DNA from: an uncultured virus (IMG/VR IMGVR_UViG_3300031841_005656)
Lineage: Duplodnaviria; Heunggongvirae; Uroviricota; Caudoviricetes
Reading direction: 5' to 3' (one strand)
IMG/VR virus record: IMGVR_UViG_3300031841_005656
Length of the DNA stretch: 64,000 bases
The position numbers and the translations under genes are program-made. The notes under the pieces are model-generated. The model searched no databases and had not been told where the DNA came from. It saw only the letters and a program-made list of their open reading frames with translations. Each line of letters begins with the position of its first letter. Position 1 is the stretch's first letter. This document shows positions 8,505 to 15,810 of this stretch, piece after piece.

Positions 8505-8534
8505 AAAAACCTACCCGCTTGCGCGGGTAGGTTT
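8505..8534 (-). terminator. intrinsic terminator of DUF932 module
   Basis: AAACCTACCCGC-TTGC-GCGGGTAGGTTT with A-run on the left. Confidence 0.75.
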
Positions 8535-8577
8535 GCGTTATGAGGACATGGCCCTCCCCGCAGGGAGGGCCAAGGTG

Positions 8578-9345
8578 TTAGGCCTCCAGCACGACGTCAG
8601 CCTGACGCTCGAACTTGACCCCGCAGTGACCGTCCATGAAACCATGGAGAGCTTGCGTGCGCTTGGGCAACTCGTTGAGGTTGCCTTTCAACACCTCGGT
8701 GAAGGCATTGAACATTGACCACGCATTGCGCGGCTTGAACTCAGGGTGGTTTGGCGCGTGCCATTGATCAACCACCTTGCGAATCTGCGTGCTTGTACAA
8801 GCACCAGCGCGGAACGCCTCGATGATAACATCGTGCGCCTCGGAACGGGACAGCCCGTGATCGCGGTATGCGTTGAAGCGTTGCTTCTGCAAACCCCATG
8901 CGTCACCCAACTTGCCGATGGTGCGGGACACCAACTGTGGCAAATCGCGGAGGATGTGAACCGTATGCTTACGGCCTAACTTGACCTCGCCGTTGAAGGA
9001 GAGGTTGTCGCAGACAAAAACATTCGCACCAAACGCAAGCGCAGATGGAAAAGTTTTGTCGTGAGAATTACGCAGCCCCATGACTGCACCGTAATCCTGA
9101 GATTCACTGGATTCGCTACCAGTGCCGATGCGAAACAAACCGAAGTACCGATTTGCATCGTGAGTGAGAGCATGACTTTCCTCAAGGATAGCCATATTCG
9201 CACGGCCCAAACCATCGCGAACTAGGTCAACGAGGTGGGAATGGGGGATGGGCGTGTGCGTCCGAGTTGCCTCGGGCGTCACGGAATCCTGAACTTCGCC
9301 GTACTCGACTCGGTTCGCCCCGCAGTGTAACATTAAACCTGTCAT
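8578..9345 (-). CDS. DUF932-family protein
   Basis: LMLHCGA, TH.PIPH, GLRNSHDK.F....A.G..VFVCDNLSF.GE, RKHT, R.AWS.FNAFTE..K. Confidence 0.85.
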   Translation of the reverse strand: MTGLMLHCGANRVEYGEVQDSVTPEATRTHTPIPHSHLVDLVRDGLGRANMAILEESHALTHDANRYFGLFRIGTGSESSESQDYGAVMGLRNSHDKTFPSALAFGANVFVCDNLSFNGEVKLGRKHTVHILRDLPQLVSRTIGKLGDAWGLQKQRFNAYRDHGLSRSEAHDVIIEAFRAGACTSTQIRKVVDQWHAPNHPEFKPRNAWSMFNAFTEVLKGNLNELPKRTQALHGFMDGHCGVKFERQADVVLEA

Positions 9346-9448
9346 AACTTTGATAGGGTGTTGACCTCATTGCCAACGAAAAAATAATGCACCATTTGGA
9401 GATGAATTGCAACATAAAAAACACAATAATCGAAAAAAAATTACACTC

Positions 9449-9477
9449 AAAAAAAATGCACCGGAGGTGCATTTTTT
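9449..9477. terminator. hairpin flanked by A and T runs (bidirectional terminator-like)
   Basis: A8-TGCACC-GGA-GGTGCA-T6 immediately left of copy 3. Confidence 0.55.
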
Positions 9478-9479
9478 CC

Positions 9480-9526
9480 TTGACTTCTAACGTTTCGCGG
9501 CCGGCCCGCCGGCCGTTAGATGTCAA
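9480..9526 (+). repeat. 47-bp element copy 3
   Basis: TTGACTTCTAACG-TTTC-GCGG-CCGGC-CCGC-CGGC-CGTTAGATGTCAA. Confidence 0.95.
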
Positions 9527-9615
9527 GCAAAAAAACTTCCCTTCGGTAAGTTTTTTTTAAAATTTTTTTTAAAAAGACGGTTGACTCTATCTGTCTATGT
9601 AGTAAGATTTTGTGC

Positions 9616-10557
9616 ATGGAAACGACACTTTGCGTCAACGAGGAAAAGGCCAAGCAGCGCGTGTGGGTTATGAAAGCATTTAGCATTTGGCTAGATAGCT
9701 TGCAAAATTTTGTTAAGACTAGGCAAGGCACTAAATACACCGCGAAGGTTGGCACGGTTTACAGTTTGCCAGCCACACTTTGGGACTTTGAATCTTTTGT
9801 TGCTGCTAGAAGTTTGCAAATGTCCGAGATCAGCACAATGTTTGGTGTTAAGCATTCTGGCCAAATTAATTTGCATTGCTTTGAGAATGACGAATCCACA
9901 TATTGCGCCCAAACGGGGACACGCGCTTTTATGCGTAACGATAACGATCTTTATCCTAATTTCAGCGGCGAATATCATTTGAGTGACATTCCCAGCAACC
10001 AACACGCAAAAAATAATTTTGCTGCTTGGTATGATTTCACGGGCGTTCCGAGTCAATCCAATTTGGACATTGTGACTGACCCCAAAAATTTTGTCCATAA
10101 TAGTTTGGTGTTTGCCACGTTTGACGCTTGCGTCATTGCCAAGTCTTGTATGCCAGATGAAATTATTTCTGCTGTTGATTCTAGGATTGAGGAGCGCGGC
10201 GGCATCATGGCCGACCACATCACAGATGTGGTCGTCGATTACATTAACGAACGCACGGGCAATAAGGTCAAGTGCATCATGTCGGTCGAGTATCAAGCGC
10301 AAAAGCATCCGATGATGATGATCGGCTTCAGCAATTGTGCTGATGTTTTGAAGGTTTGCAATCCTATTCGTTCGCGCATCAACCGCGCCACTCCAAAATC
10401 TCCAAAATCTGCGCCGTTGAGCGACTCGAAAAAATCTCAGCTTGCCTCAGATTTAAAATATTTTCGTTTTACCCGTGATGAGTTGTGCGATATGTACAAA
10501 TGCACACCGGCTCAAGTCGGTGCGATCAAGGCCCATCACGGCGGAGGTTACGCTTGA
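9616..10557 (+). CDS. putative SAM-methyltransferase-like domain fused to a C-terminal HTH-like domain
   Basis: VYSLP...CFENDE...FAAWYDFTG...VFATF strand pattern; C-terminus LSDSKKSQLASDL...TRDELCDMYKCTPAQVGAIKAH; promoter TTGACT(9581)-16-TAAGAT-7-ATG 9616. Confidence 0.45.
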   Translation: METTLCVNEEKAKQRVWVMKAFSIWLDSLQNFVKTRQGTKYTAKVGTVYSLPATLWDFESFVAARSLQMSEISTMFGVKHSGQINLHCFENDESTYCAQTGTRAFMRNDNDLYPNFSGEYHLSDIPSNQHAKNNFAAWYDFTGVPSQSNLDIVTDPKNFVHNSLVFATFDACVIAKSCMPDEIISAVDSRIEERGGIMADHITDVVVDYINERTGNKVKCIMSVEYQAQKHPMMMIGFSNCADVLKVCNPIRSRINRATPKSPKSAPLSDSKKSQLASDLKYFRFTRDELCDMYKCTPAQVGAIKAHHGGGYA

Positions 10558-10662
10558 CATGAACCGAGCAACCGAGTATATTTCAGGCCGTGTATTTAGC
10601 AGTTATATTATTGGGGGGTTTATTGTTTGCTATTATGCTACACATTAAATCAAAAAATTAAA

Positions 10663-10782
10663 TTGAAAAAACTTGTTGACATATGGAAGAAGATACGTAA
10701 ACTTAGTGCGCCACCTGCAGTGGTGCACCGGGATAAAACGAAGTACACCCGGAAAGAAAAACACAAAAAAAGTTTGGATTAA
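10663..10782 (+). CDS. 39-aa basic peptide (IRK...PP..VH.DK.KY.RK.KH; not in ORF track)
   Basis: TTG start: MKKLVDIWKKIRKLSAPPAVVHRDKTKYTRKEKHKKSLD. Confidence 0.55.
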   Translation: MKKLVDIWKKIRKLSAPPAVVHRDKTKYTRKEKHKKSLD

Positions 10783-10899
10783 TCGTTGACATCATGAAGA
10801 CACTAGTGCAAACTTTTTGGAGTGCGGGATGCATAACGGAGCATTCGCGTGCTGGCCAAGTGGCCCTGATGCTAACCATGTAATGAAAGGAATATTCAA

Positions 10900-11133
10900 T
10901 TGAAATTGACTGAATCCCAACTTACCAAAATCGTCAGCGCAGTAGTTGACGCATTGACCGAGACTCCGACGTCTCGCCGTGCGACTGCTACAGGCAACGA
11001 CCGCAGCAACAACATTCGCGCCGCGATCCGCTCCGGCAAGAGCAAGTCTGCTGTTCGTCGCCAGTTCAAGCTGACCGATTACGAGTACCGTGGCCACAAG
11101 GCTACCGTGACCCGTATGGCCAACGGCAACTAA
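10900..11133 (+). CDS. small basic putative DNA-binding protein (HTH-like)
   Basis: TTG start after GAAAGGA; strongly biased codons; IRAAIRSGKSKSAVRRQFKLTDYEYRGHKA; promoter TTGACA(10786)-17-CAAACT. Confidence 0.65.
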   Translation: MKLTESQLTKIVSAVVDALTETPTSRRATATGNDRSNNIRAAIRSGKSKSAVRRQFKLTDYEYRGHKATVTRMANGN

Positions 11134-11289
11134 GCCGCAGCCAACAACCCACTCCCGTCCCAGAATCTGCTAGCCATCTGGGGCGGGAGGTGTCGGGCTC
11201 CGGTGTGAGCGTTACAAGTTACCATTGTTATTATATACATGATGTATTTCATTTAGGTTTCCGCTGGTTAGCATTGGGGATAGTTCGAT
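11134..11289 (+). ncRNA. candidate structured 3' UTR that pairs with the 5' leader
   Basis: 13-bp stem CTCCCGTCCCAGA/TCTGGGGCGGGAG; 11265-11279 complementary to 10864-10878. Confidence 0.45.
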
Positions 11290-11319
11290 AAAACCCCTCC
11301 CGCAAGGGAGGGGTTTTTT
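11290..11319 (+). terminator. intrinsic terminator
   Basis: CCCCTCCC-GCAA-GGGAGGGG-T6. Confidence 0.85.
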
Positions 11320-11421
11320 ATTTTATCTATAAATTATTTTATTGCAAATAGTAATCTCTGAAATAGTAAATAGTAAATACATAAATACTAAATAACCTGA
11401 AATATATAAATTATACTTTTG

Positions 11422-11446
11422 TAATATGTTGATAATCAGGCAATTA
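11422..11446. promoter_or_regulatory. IHF-consensus site inside AT-rich tract next to copy 4
   Basis: Minus strand TATCAACATATTA = WATCAA-N4-TTR; same TAA-N4-yTr-N5-CAr-N4-TTA layout as the 1044-1168 repeats. Confidence 0.5.
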
Positions 11447-11450
11447 TAAA

Positions 11451-11497
11451 AAAACATCTAATCTGTCACGGCGACCCCGCCGGCCGTTAGATGTCAA
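11451..11497 (+). repeat. 47-bp element copy 4 (degenerate left arm)
   Basis: AAAACATCTAATC-TGTC-ACGG-CGACC-CCGC-CGGC-CGTTAGATGTCAA. Confidence 0.85.
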
Positions 11498-11506
11498 CGA
11501 AAAAAA

Positions 11507-11722
11507 TTAATTTTTTTCGGGATCTTCCCATACGATTTCCCAATCGTACGGAGAGTTGGACAGGTCGCACGGGGCGACCTTGCACTTGACGGCGGACTTG
11601 GCCTCACGGGCGCAAGTGATCGCAGCCTCAAGACCCTCGTGGCTCGGAGCGAACCAATGGACAAACTCAAGCCGACCGGTGGCGGACTTGACCTCAACAA
11701 AGTATTTGGCATGAATCCTCAT
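11507..11722 (-). CDS. hypothetical protein (71 aa, MRIHAKY...)
   Basis: Start reassigned to GTT-ATG-AGG behind TTGACT-16-TATACT. Confidence 0.7.
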   Translation of the reverse strand: MRIHAKYFVEVKSATGRLEFVHWFAPSHEGLEAAITCAREAKSAVKCKVAPCDLSNSPYDWEIVWEDPEKN

Positions 11723-11756
11723 AACAAAAAACAGTATATCAAAATTTAAAAAAAAG

Positions 11757-11912
11757 TCAAGCGCATTCAGAGCATGACTCAAAAAACTTGCACCAGCACC
11801 GATCATCGGCCTCGGCCTCGACATCGTCGAAGCCGTTCGGGACAGTAACGTCCGCAACCCATGAATCCGCGTGCAACTCAAAAACCTCCTCACAAGTAAC
11901 ATTATCTCTCAT
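11757..11912 (-). CDS. acidic Cys-containing peptide (51 aa, MRDNVTCEEVF...)
   Basis: Start behind TTGACT-16-TATACT-10-ATG. Confidence 0.65.
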   Translation of the reverse strand: MRDNVTCEEVFELHADSWVADVTVPNGFDDVEAEADDRCWCKFFESCSECA

Positions 11913-11994
11913 AACAGAAATCAGTATACAGCATTTTTCAGATAAGTCAACCCCTAAAATGAAAAAAAATTTATTTTTATTTTTTGTTTTTTGT

Positions 11995-12041
11995 TTGACT
12001 TCTAACCGTTCGCGGCGTGCCCGCCCAGCGTTAGATGTCAA
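11995..12041 (+). repeat. 47-bp element copy 5
   Basis: TTGACTTCTAACC-GTTC-GCGG-CGTGC-CCGC-CCAG-CGTTAGATGTCAA. Confidence 0.95.
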
Positions 12042-12061
12042 GACTTTTTTTAAAAAAAATT

Positions 12062-12135
12062 TGGACGCGAGGGGCGGAATCGAACCGCCGATAAGAGTTT
12101 TGCAGACTCCCGCCTTACCACTTGGCTACCCCGCG
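12062..12135 (-). tRNA. tRNA-Cys (GCA) with encoded CCA
   Basis: CGCGGGG-TA-GCC-AAGTGGTAA-GGC-G-GGAGT-CTGCAAA-ACTCT-TATC-GGCGG-TTCGATT-CCGCC-CCTCGCG-T-CCA; U73 discriminator. Confidence 0.95.
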
Positions 12136-12141
12136 CGTACC

Positions 12142-12483
12142 TCAGTATCCTTCGATACTGAGGTTGCGGCCCATCGCCTCGAGCAGCCGCTTCCTAGTCA
12201 GGCTGCCGACGCTTTTGCCGTCGTTGATAGTCCAACGATTAGGACAGCCGAGCGAGAACCACATTTCCAGTTCGATGCTGGAGGGTTTGGAGTACGGCGA
12301 CCAGTCGAGATGGAACACGCGCTTGGTGGTGACAGCACAATGGATGTCGTGCCAGATCTTACTGACATCATCCTCGTGCTCGACCTCGGGGTCATAATAA
12401 AACTCATGACCGTCCTCGATTATCTGCAAACCTTCCGGTGTCATGTCGGTCTGCTTGAACTTATAGGTTTTCATTTCTCTCAT
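12142..12483 (-). CDS. hypothetical protein
   Basis: 113 aa; GTT-ATG-AGA start behind TTTACT-17-GATAAT. Confidence 0.75.
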   Translation of the reverse strand: MREMKTYKFKQTDMTPEGLQIIEDGHEFYYDPEVEHEDDVSKIWHDIHCAVTTKRVFHLDWSPYSKPSSIELEMWFSLGCPNRWTINDGKSVGSLTRKRLLEAMGRNLSIEGY

Positions 12484-12494
12484 AACAAAAAAGA

Positions 12495-12713
12495 TTATCG
12501 CACAAATTTTTCAACAAGTAAAGAAAATTTTTCCAATTCAGCCAATTTTTTTGGGCTTTTGGTGGGCTTGAATTCATTCAGCCAAAGCATCATAGCGGCA
12601 CGGCGCACGGCCACAGGAAAAGCCGGATCTGGCTTGCGCTTGGCGGGCGCGTCGCCCGTGGGAAAGGTGGACATATAGTCCGCCCAATCGATATCGGCAA
12701 ACGGGCTACCCAT
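12495..12713 (-). CDS. hypothetical protein (72 aa, MGSPFADIDW...)
   Basis: Start reassigned; GGAGG upstream; overlaps stop of the 12861 ORF. Confidence 0.6.
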   Translation of the reverse strand: MGSPFADIDWADYMSTFPTGDAPAKRKPDPAFPVAVRRAAMMLWLNEFKPTKSPKKLAELEKFSLLVEKFVR

Positions 12714-12861
12714 TGGACACCTCCTCATCCTGCGCGGCGATAGCTTCGTCGCGCCAGATGTCACACTGCGCCTCGTATTCAGCGCGAGCGTGGGGATCAT
12801 TGTGAAAAACCTCCTCAAGTGAAACTTGGGCCAACTCTGCGATCTGTTGATCTAACCTCAT
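12706..12861 (-). CDS. acidic peptide (51 aa, MRLDQQIAELAQ...; not in ORF track)
   Basis: TTGACA-16-TATTCT-9-ATG promoter. Confidence 0.7.
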   Translation of the reverse strand: MRLDQQIAELAQVSLEEVFHNDPHARAEYEAQCDIWRDEAIAAQDEEVSNG

Positions 12862-12944
12862 AACGGAATCAGAATACCACAAACTCAGAGAATGTCAACC
12901 CCTTAATACCAAAAAAAATAAAAAAACTTTTTTTATTTTTTTGC

Positions 12945-12991
12945 TTGACATCTAACGCTTCGCGGGGGCGCCGCCGACCGTTAGACGTCAA
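12945..12991 (+). repeat. 47-bp element copy 6
   Basis: TTGACATCTAACG-CTTC-GCGG-GGGCG-CCGC-CGAC-CGTTAGACGTCAA. Confidence 0.95.
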
Positions 12992-13003
12992 GACTTTTTT
13001 TAG

Positions 13004-13034
13004 AAAAAAAACACCCCGCCGAAGCGGGGTGTTT
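13004..13034 (-). terminator. intrinsic terminator
   Basis: A-run-CACCCCGC-CGAA-GCGGGGTG-TTT. Confidence 0.8.
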
Positions 13035-13046
13035 AGTGTTATGAGG

Positions 13047-13205
13047 TTATGATGGACAAGAAATTTTTTGCAGAGTTTTTGTGTCAGTCGATTCCATGAT
13101 TTTGACGAGGCGATTGGACAAGCCGCCAATCTGAATAATTTTTTTCAAGTAACAACGCAGCATTAGTTTTTCGTCGCTGTTCAGTTCGGGCAATGGTTTT
13201 TTCAT
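13047..13205 (-). CDS. hypothetical protein (52 aa, MKKPLPELNS...; not in ORF track)
   Basis: ATGA-coupled to the 13309 ORF. Confidence 0.55.
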   Translation of the reverse strand: MKKPLPELNSDEKLMLRCYLKKIIQIGGLSNRLVKIMESTDTKTLQKISCPS

Positions 13206-13309
13206 TTGAATATCTTTTTTAATTTGCGGTTACGATTTAAGCGTGCCTTGACTATATCAATTTCAATTTTTTTGTCAACTAAACTCCAGTTTATCTTAAT
13301 TGATCTCAT
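13202..13309 (-). CDS. basic peptide (35 aa, MRSIKINW...)
   Basis: GTTATGAGA start overlapping hydrolase stop. Confidence 0.5.
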   Translation of the reverse strand: MRSIKINWSLVDKKIEIDIVKARLNRNRKLKKIFK

Positions 13310-13785
13310 AACTTGTAGAATGCGTGTTGCCCAATTACTTTGACAGGCTTTTGGCCTTTTGCCCAATACGGTTTCTTTTTCATCCATGTTGCGTGGTAAT
13401 GATTAGCGAAGCCGATGAAATCACGCGACAGATGTTTGACATTTTTGGCCACGGTAATTGCATACTTGGCTTGCGGTACTTTCAACAGATGCTCAAGGTC
13501 TTTGACGGTTTTACCGTTCCAACAACTGAACTGCCATTTTTTAAGACAGACCTCCGATGGGGTTTGTTTTCTTTCAAATGCTCTCTGAGCGATGCAAGCA
13601 CCAACAGCATACATTCCCGCTTCCCCTTCCCCTCTGGCCTCCGCCAAAATGGTAATGGCGACAATTTTTTGCTCTCTAGTGAGTTGATGATTTTTGTGCG
13701 TGTTTCCATAAGCAGAGACGGTAACAATGGCCAAGCAGATCCAGTAAAAGATTCTAAAACTTTTGCTTAAAAGAATTTTTTTCAT
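13306..13785 (-). CDS. cell wall hydrolase, SleB/CwlJ (Hydrolase_2) family, with N-terminal signal/anchor
   Basis: TILAEARGEG..GM.AV, QFSCWN, ANHYHA...PYWA......IGQHAFY. Confidence 0.9.
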   Translation of the reverse strand: MKKILLSKSFRIFYWICLAIVTVSAYGNTHKNHQLTREQKIVAITILAEARGEGEAGMYAVGACIAQRAFERKQTPSEVCLKKWQFSCWNGKTVKDLEHLLKVPQAKYAITVAKNVKHLSRDFIGFANHYHATWMKKKPYWAKGQKPVKVIGQHAFYKL

Positions 13786-13796
13786 TTTATTGATTT

Positions 13797-14018
13797 TTAG
13801 TTTTCGACGGGGAACATACCTTCCAACCTATCCATGCGGAACCGCTTGTATTTGCCAGTCTCGGTGCAAGTGCCGCCGATGCCAGCGAACTTTTCGTTGT
13901 TTGAACGATTCTCGAAAGATTCGTCCAACTCAATCCGATAGCTGTGCAGGTCGTTGTTCTTGTTGATAACCCCGTTGTGGATTTCGGGCCGATAGAATAT
14001 GTTCATGATTTCTCTCAT
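13797..14018 (-). CDS. small WYL/SH3-like domain protein (73 aa)
   Basis: IFY...G.C.ETGKYKRFRMDRL ending; promoter TTGACT-16-TAAACT-10-ATG. Confidence 0.55.
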   Translation of the reverse strand: MREIMNIFYRPEIHNGVINKNNDLHSYRIELDESFENRSNNEKFAGIGGTCTETGKYKRFRMDRLEGMFPVEN

Positions 14019-14065
14019 AACAAAAATTAGTTTATCAGGTTTTTCGGTAAAGTCAACAATTATTT

Positions 14066-14305
14066 TTAGCCAAATTTGGGAAATCCTTGGTAGCGATAGA
14101 CTCCGAGCAGGTCGCCGTTGTTGCCGTGGGCAACTTGGCAACCGTCCTCTTCCAGCACCCACGGAAACCCATTCTTGTCGGCCTCTTCGGCCATCTCCAT
14201 TGCCGCGTTCATCGCAGAGTGATCCCAACCGGTCTTGTTGGAGAATTCTTCGCTGCGCACCCTATTGGTGTCTTCGTCCTTCCAGTATAACGTGTACGTC
14301 CTCAT
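14066..14305 (-). CDS. hypothetical protein (79 aa, MRTYTLYW...)
   Basis: Promoter TTGACT-17-TTTAAT-10-ATG. Confidence 0.7.
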   Translation of the reverse strand: MRTYTLYWKDEDTNRVRSEEFSNKTGWDHSAMNAAMEMAEEADKNGFPWVLEEDGCQVAHGNNGDLLGVYRYQGFPKFG

Positions 14306-14347
14306 AACTCCGTTTATTAAATCACAGTTTGCGCTCAAAGTCAACAA

Positions 14348-14509
14348 TTATTTTTTATTTTTTTGAGCTTCGGCATCGAGAAGCTTCCGCTTCTCGATGT
14401 TAAACTTACGAACTTTTAGCTGGTGGTCTTTGATCGGGTCAAAGGCCAGCCACTTGCCGAACATGATTTCCTTTTCCAGTTTTTGGATTTTGATGTCGAT
14501 TTCCCTCAT
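14348..14509 (-). CDS. basic peptide (53 aa, MREIDIKIQK...; not in ORF track)
   Basis: Promoter TTGCAA-16-TATACT-10-ATG. Confidence 0.65.
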   Translation of the reverse strand: MREIDIKIQKLEKEIMFGKWLAFDPIKDHQLKVRKFNIEKRKLLDAEAQKNKK

Positions 14510-14600
14510 AACGAAAAACAGTATATCACAGCTTCAGAAAATTGCAAGCACTTTTTTCACTTTTTTAAAAAAACTTTTTTAAATTTTTTGCATTTTAGGC

Positions 14601-14647
14601 TTGACATCTAACGTTTCGCGGCCGGCCCGCCGGCCGTTAGACGTCAA
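14601..14647 (+). repeat. 47-bp element copy 7
   Basis: TTGACATCTAACG-TTTC-GCGG-CCGGC-CCGC-CGGC-CGTTAGACGTCAA. Confidence 0.95.
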
Positions 14648-14648
14648 C

Positions 14649-14675
14649 AAAAAAAACGCACTTTGTGCGTTTTTT
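14649..14675. terminator. bidirectional intrinsic terminator
   Basis: A8-CGCAC-TTT-GTGCG-T6. Confidence 0.7.
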
Positions 14676-14883
14676 ATTCTAGCGCCTGACCAAATCGCAC
14701 AAGCATAGTTTTGGGCGTGCCATCATCGGGAGCTTTGACAAACTTATCCCATGACGGAGGATAATATACCGTTGTGACGCTGTTAGTATCGGCAAACGAT
14801 ATTTTACGATGCACAATTTCCTTCTCGGTAACCACGCAACCTGTTAAACAGATCGCACCAACTAAACAGATTATTTTTTTCAT
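14674..14883 (-). CDS. small putative lipoprotein
   Basis: MKKIICLVGAICLTGC lipobox. Confidence 0.6.
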   Translation of the reverse strand: MKKIICLVGAICLTGCVVTEKEIVHRKISFADTNSVTTVYYPPSWDKFVKAPDDGTPKTMLVRFGQALE

Positions 14884-14884
14884 T

Positions 14885-15349
14885 TTAACTCCAGCCGCGC
14901 ACTTCAATTATCAATTTTTTTATCTCGCTGACTATATTGTCGGGAATGACTTGAGTCAACCACTTTGTGCCGTACGTATAACCGCGATCAACATACAGAT
15001 CATTTTTTTTCAAAAATTCACATCGATCATCGTAATCTGTTGATGGACATTTTTTTAAAATTTCCGCTTGCTGTTGAGTGCCAGCTTGAAGATCATTTAG
15101 ATGATATTTTTTCCAGTATTTGTATATACGGCGAAAAAGATAGTTATCACCATTCAATCGATACATTTCATCGAGATTTTGCCCAAACGAATCATTTGAG
15201 ATTTCACCGGACGCGCTGAACGTATAAGCTGACTCAACGTTTTCAAGTGTGCGCCAATCGATGGAAGGACGGTCTCTCATTTCGAGACCGAAGTCCACCA
15301 CGCAACGCGATCCGTCGCTGCCGGTCATTGTTAATTTGGCCGACATCAT
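14885..15349 (-). CDS. conserved phage hypothetical protein
   Basis: FSASG....GQ.LDE...W..YHLND..AG...Q...Y.YG..WL pattern; start at ATGA overlap with the 15543 ORF. Confidence 0.7.
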   Translation of the reverse strand: MMSAKLTMTGSDGSRCVVDFGLEMRDRPSIDWRTLENVESAYTFSASGEISNDSFGQNLDEMYRLNGDNYLFRRIYKYWKKYHLNDLQAGTQQQAEILKKCPSTDYDDRCEFLKKNDLYVDRGYTYGTKWLTQVIPDNIVSEIKKLIIEVRGWS

Positions 15350-15543
15350 TTGGCACCTCCATTCTTTATGGTGGCAGAATGTATATTCGGCCAAACGACC
15401 TCGCCGCCGAAGGTCACCTCAGTATCCTCCCGCGCGGCCAACGTGATGGCCTTTTCAAGACCATCGTGAGAACGTGCGAAACCAGCAACATCACCAGAGT
15501 TGGCGATCCGAACCGTGTACATATTATCAAACATATCTCTCAT
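15346..15543 (-). CDS. hypothetical protein (65 aa, MRDMFDN...)
   Basis: Promoter TTGCTT-16-TATACT-10-ATG. Confidence 0.7.
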   Translation of the reverse strand: MRDMFDNMYTVRIANSGDVAGFARSHDGLEKAITLAAREDTEVTFGGEVVWPNIHSATIKNGGAK

Positions 15544-15584
15544 AACGAAAAAAAGTATATCAGACTCTCAGAAAAAAGCAAGCG

Positions 15585-15728
15585 TTAATTTGAATTTTTT
15601 TTCTTTTTTAAGCCGCGTTTGAACTGCTCCCATGTGGGGCGTTCGGCTTCGGGAATCATTTCCCATTCCTTTTTTTGCGCTTGGCGTATCCAGTTTGCAA
15701 ACTCAGCATTTTTAATCATATCTCTCAT
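15585..15728 (-). CDS. basic peptide (47 aa, MRDMIKN...)
   Basis: Promoter TTGCAA-16-TATACT-10-ATG. Confidence 0.65.
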   Translation of the reverse strand: MRDMIKNAEFANWIRQAQKKEWEMIPEAERPTWEQFKRGLKKKKNSN

Positions 15729-15810
15729 AACTGGAGACAGTATAGCACAGCCACAGAAAATTGCAACCCTTTTTTTAAAAAAAATAAAAAAACTTTTTTT
15801 ATTTTTCTTG

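Noticed and set aside
10815..11319. tmRNA or retron ncRNA
   Set aside because: No tRNA-like acceptor/T-arm ending in CCA, and no reverse transcriptase in the window.
12062..12135. tRNA-Cys as an attP/prophage boundary
   Set aside because: I noticed no duplicated tRNA 3' end and no integrase, and phage-type genes continue on both sides.
11788..12678. 296-aa + strand ORF, and similar long antisense ORFs at 6228-7016, 9691-10308 and 16573-17121
   Set aside because: They run antisense across a tRNA, repeat elements or well-supported genes; shadow ORFs of GC-richer sequence.
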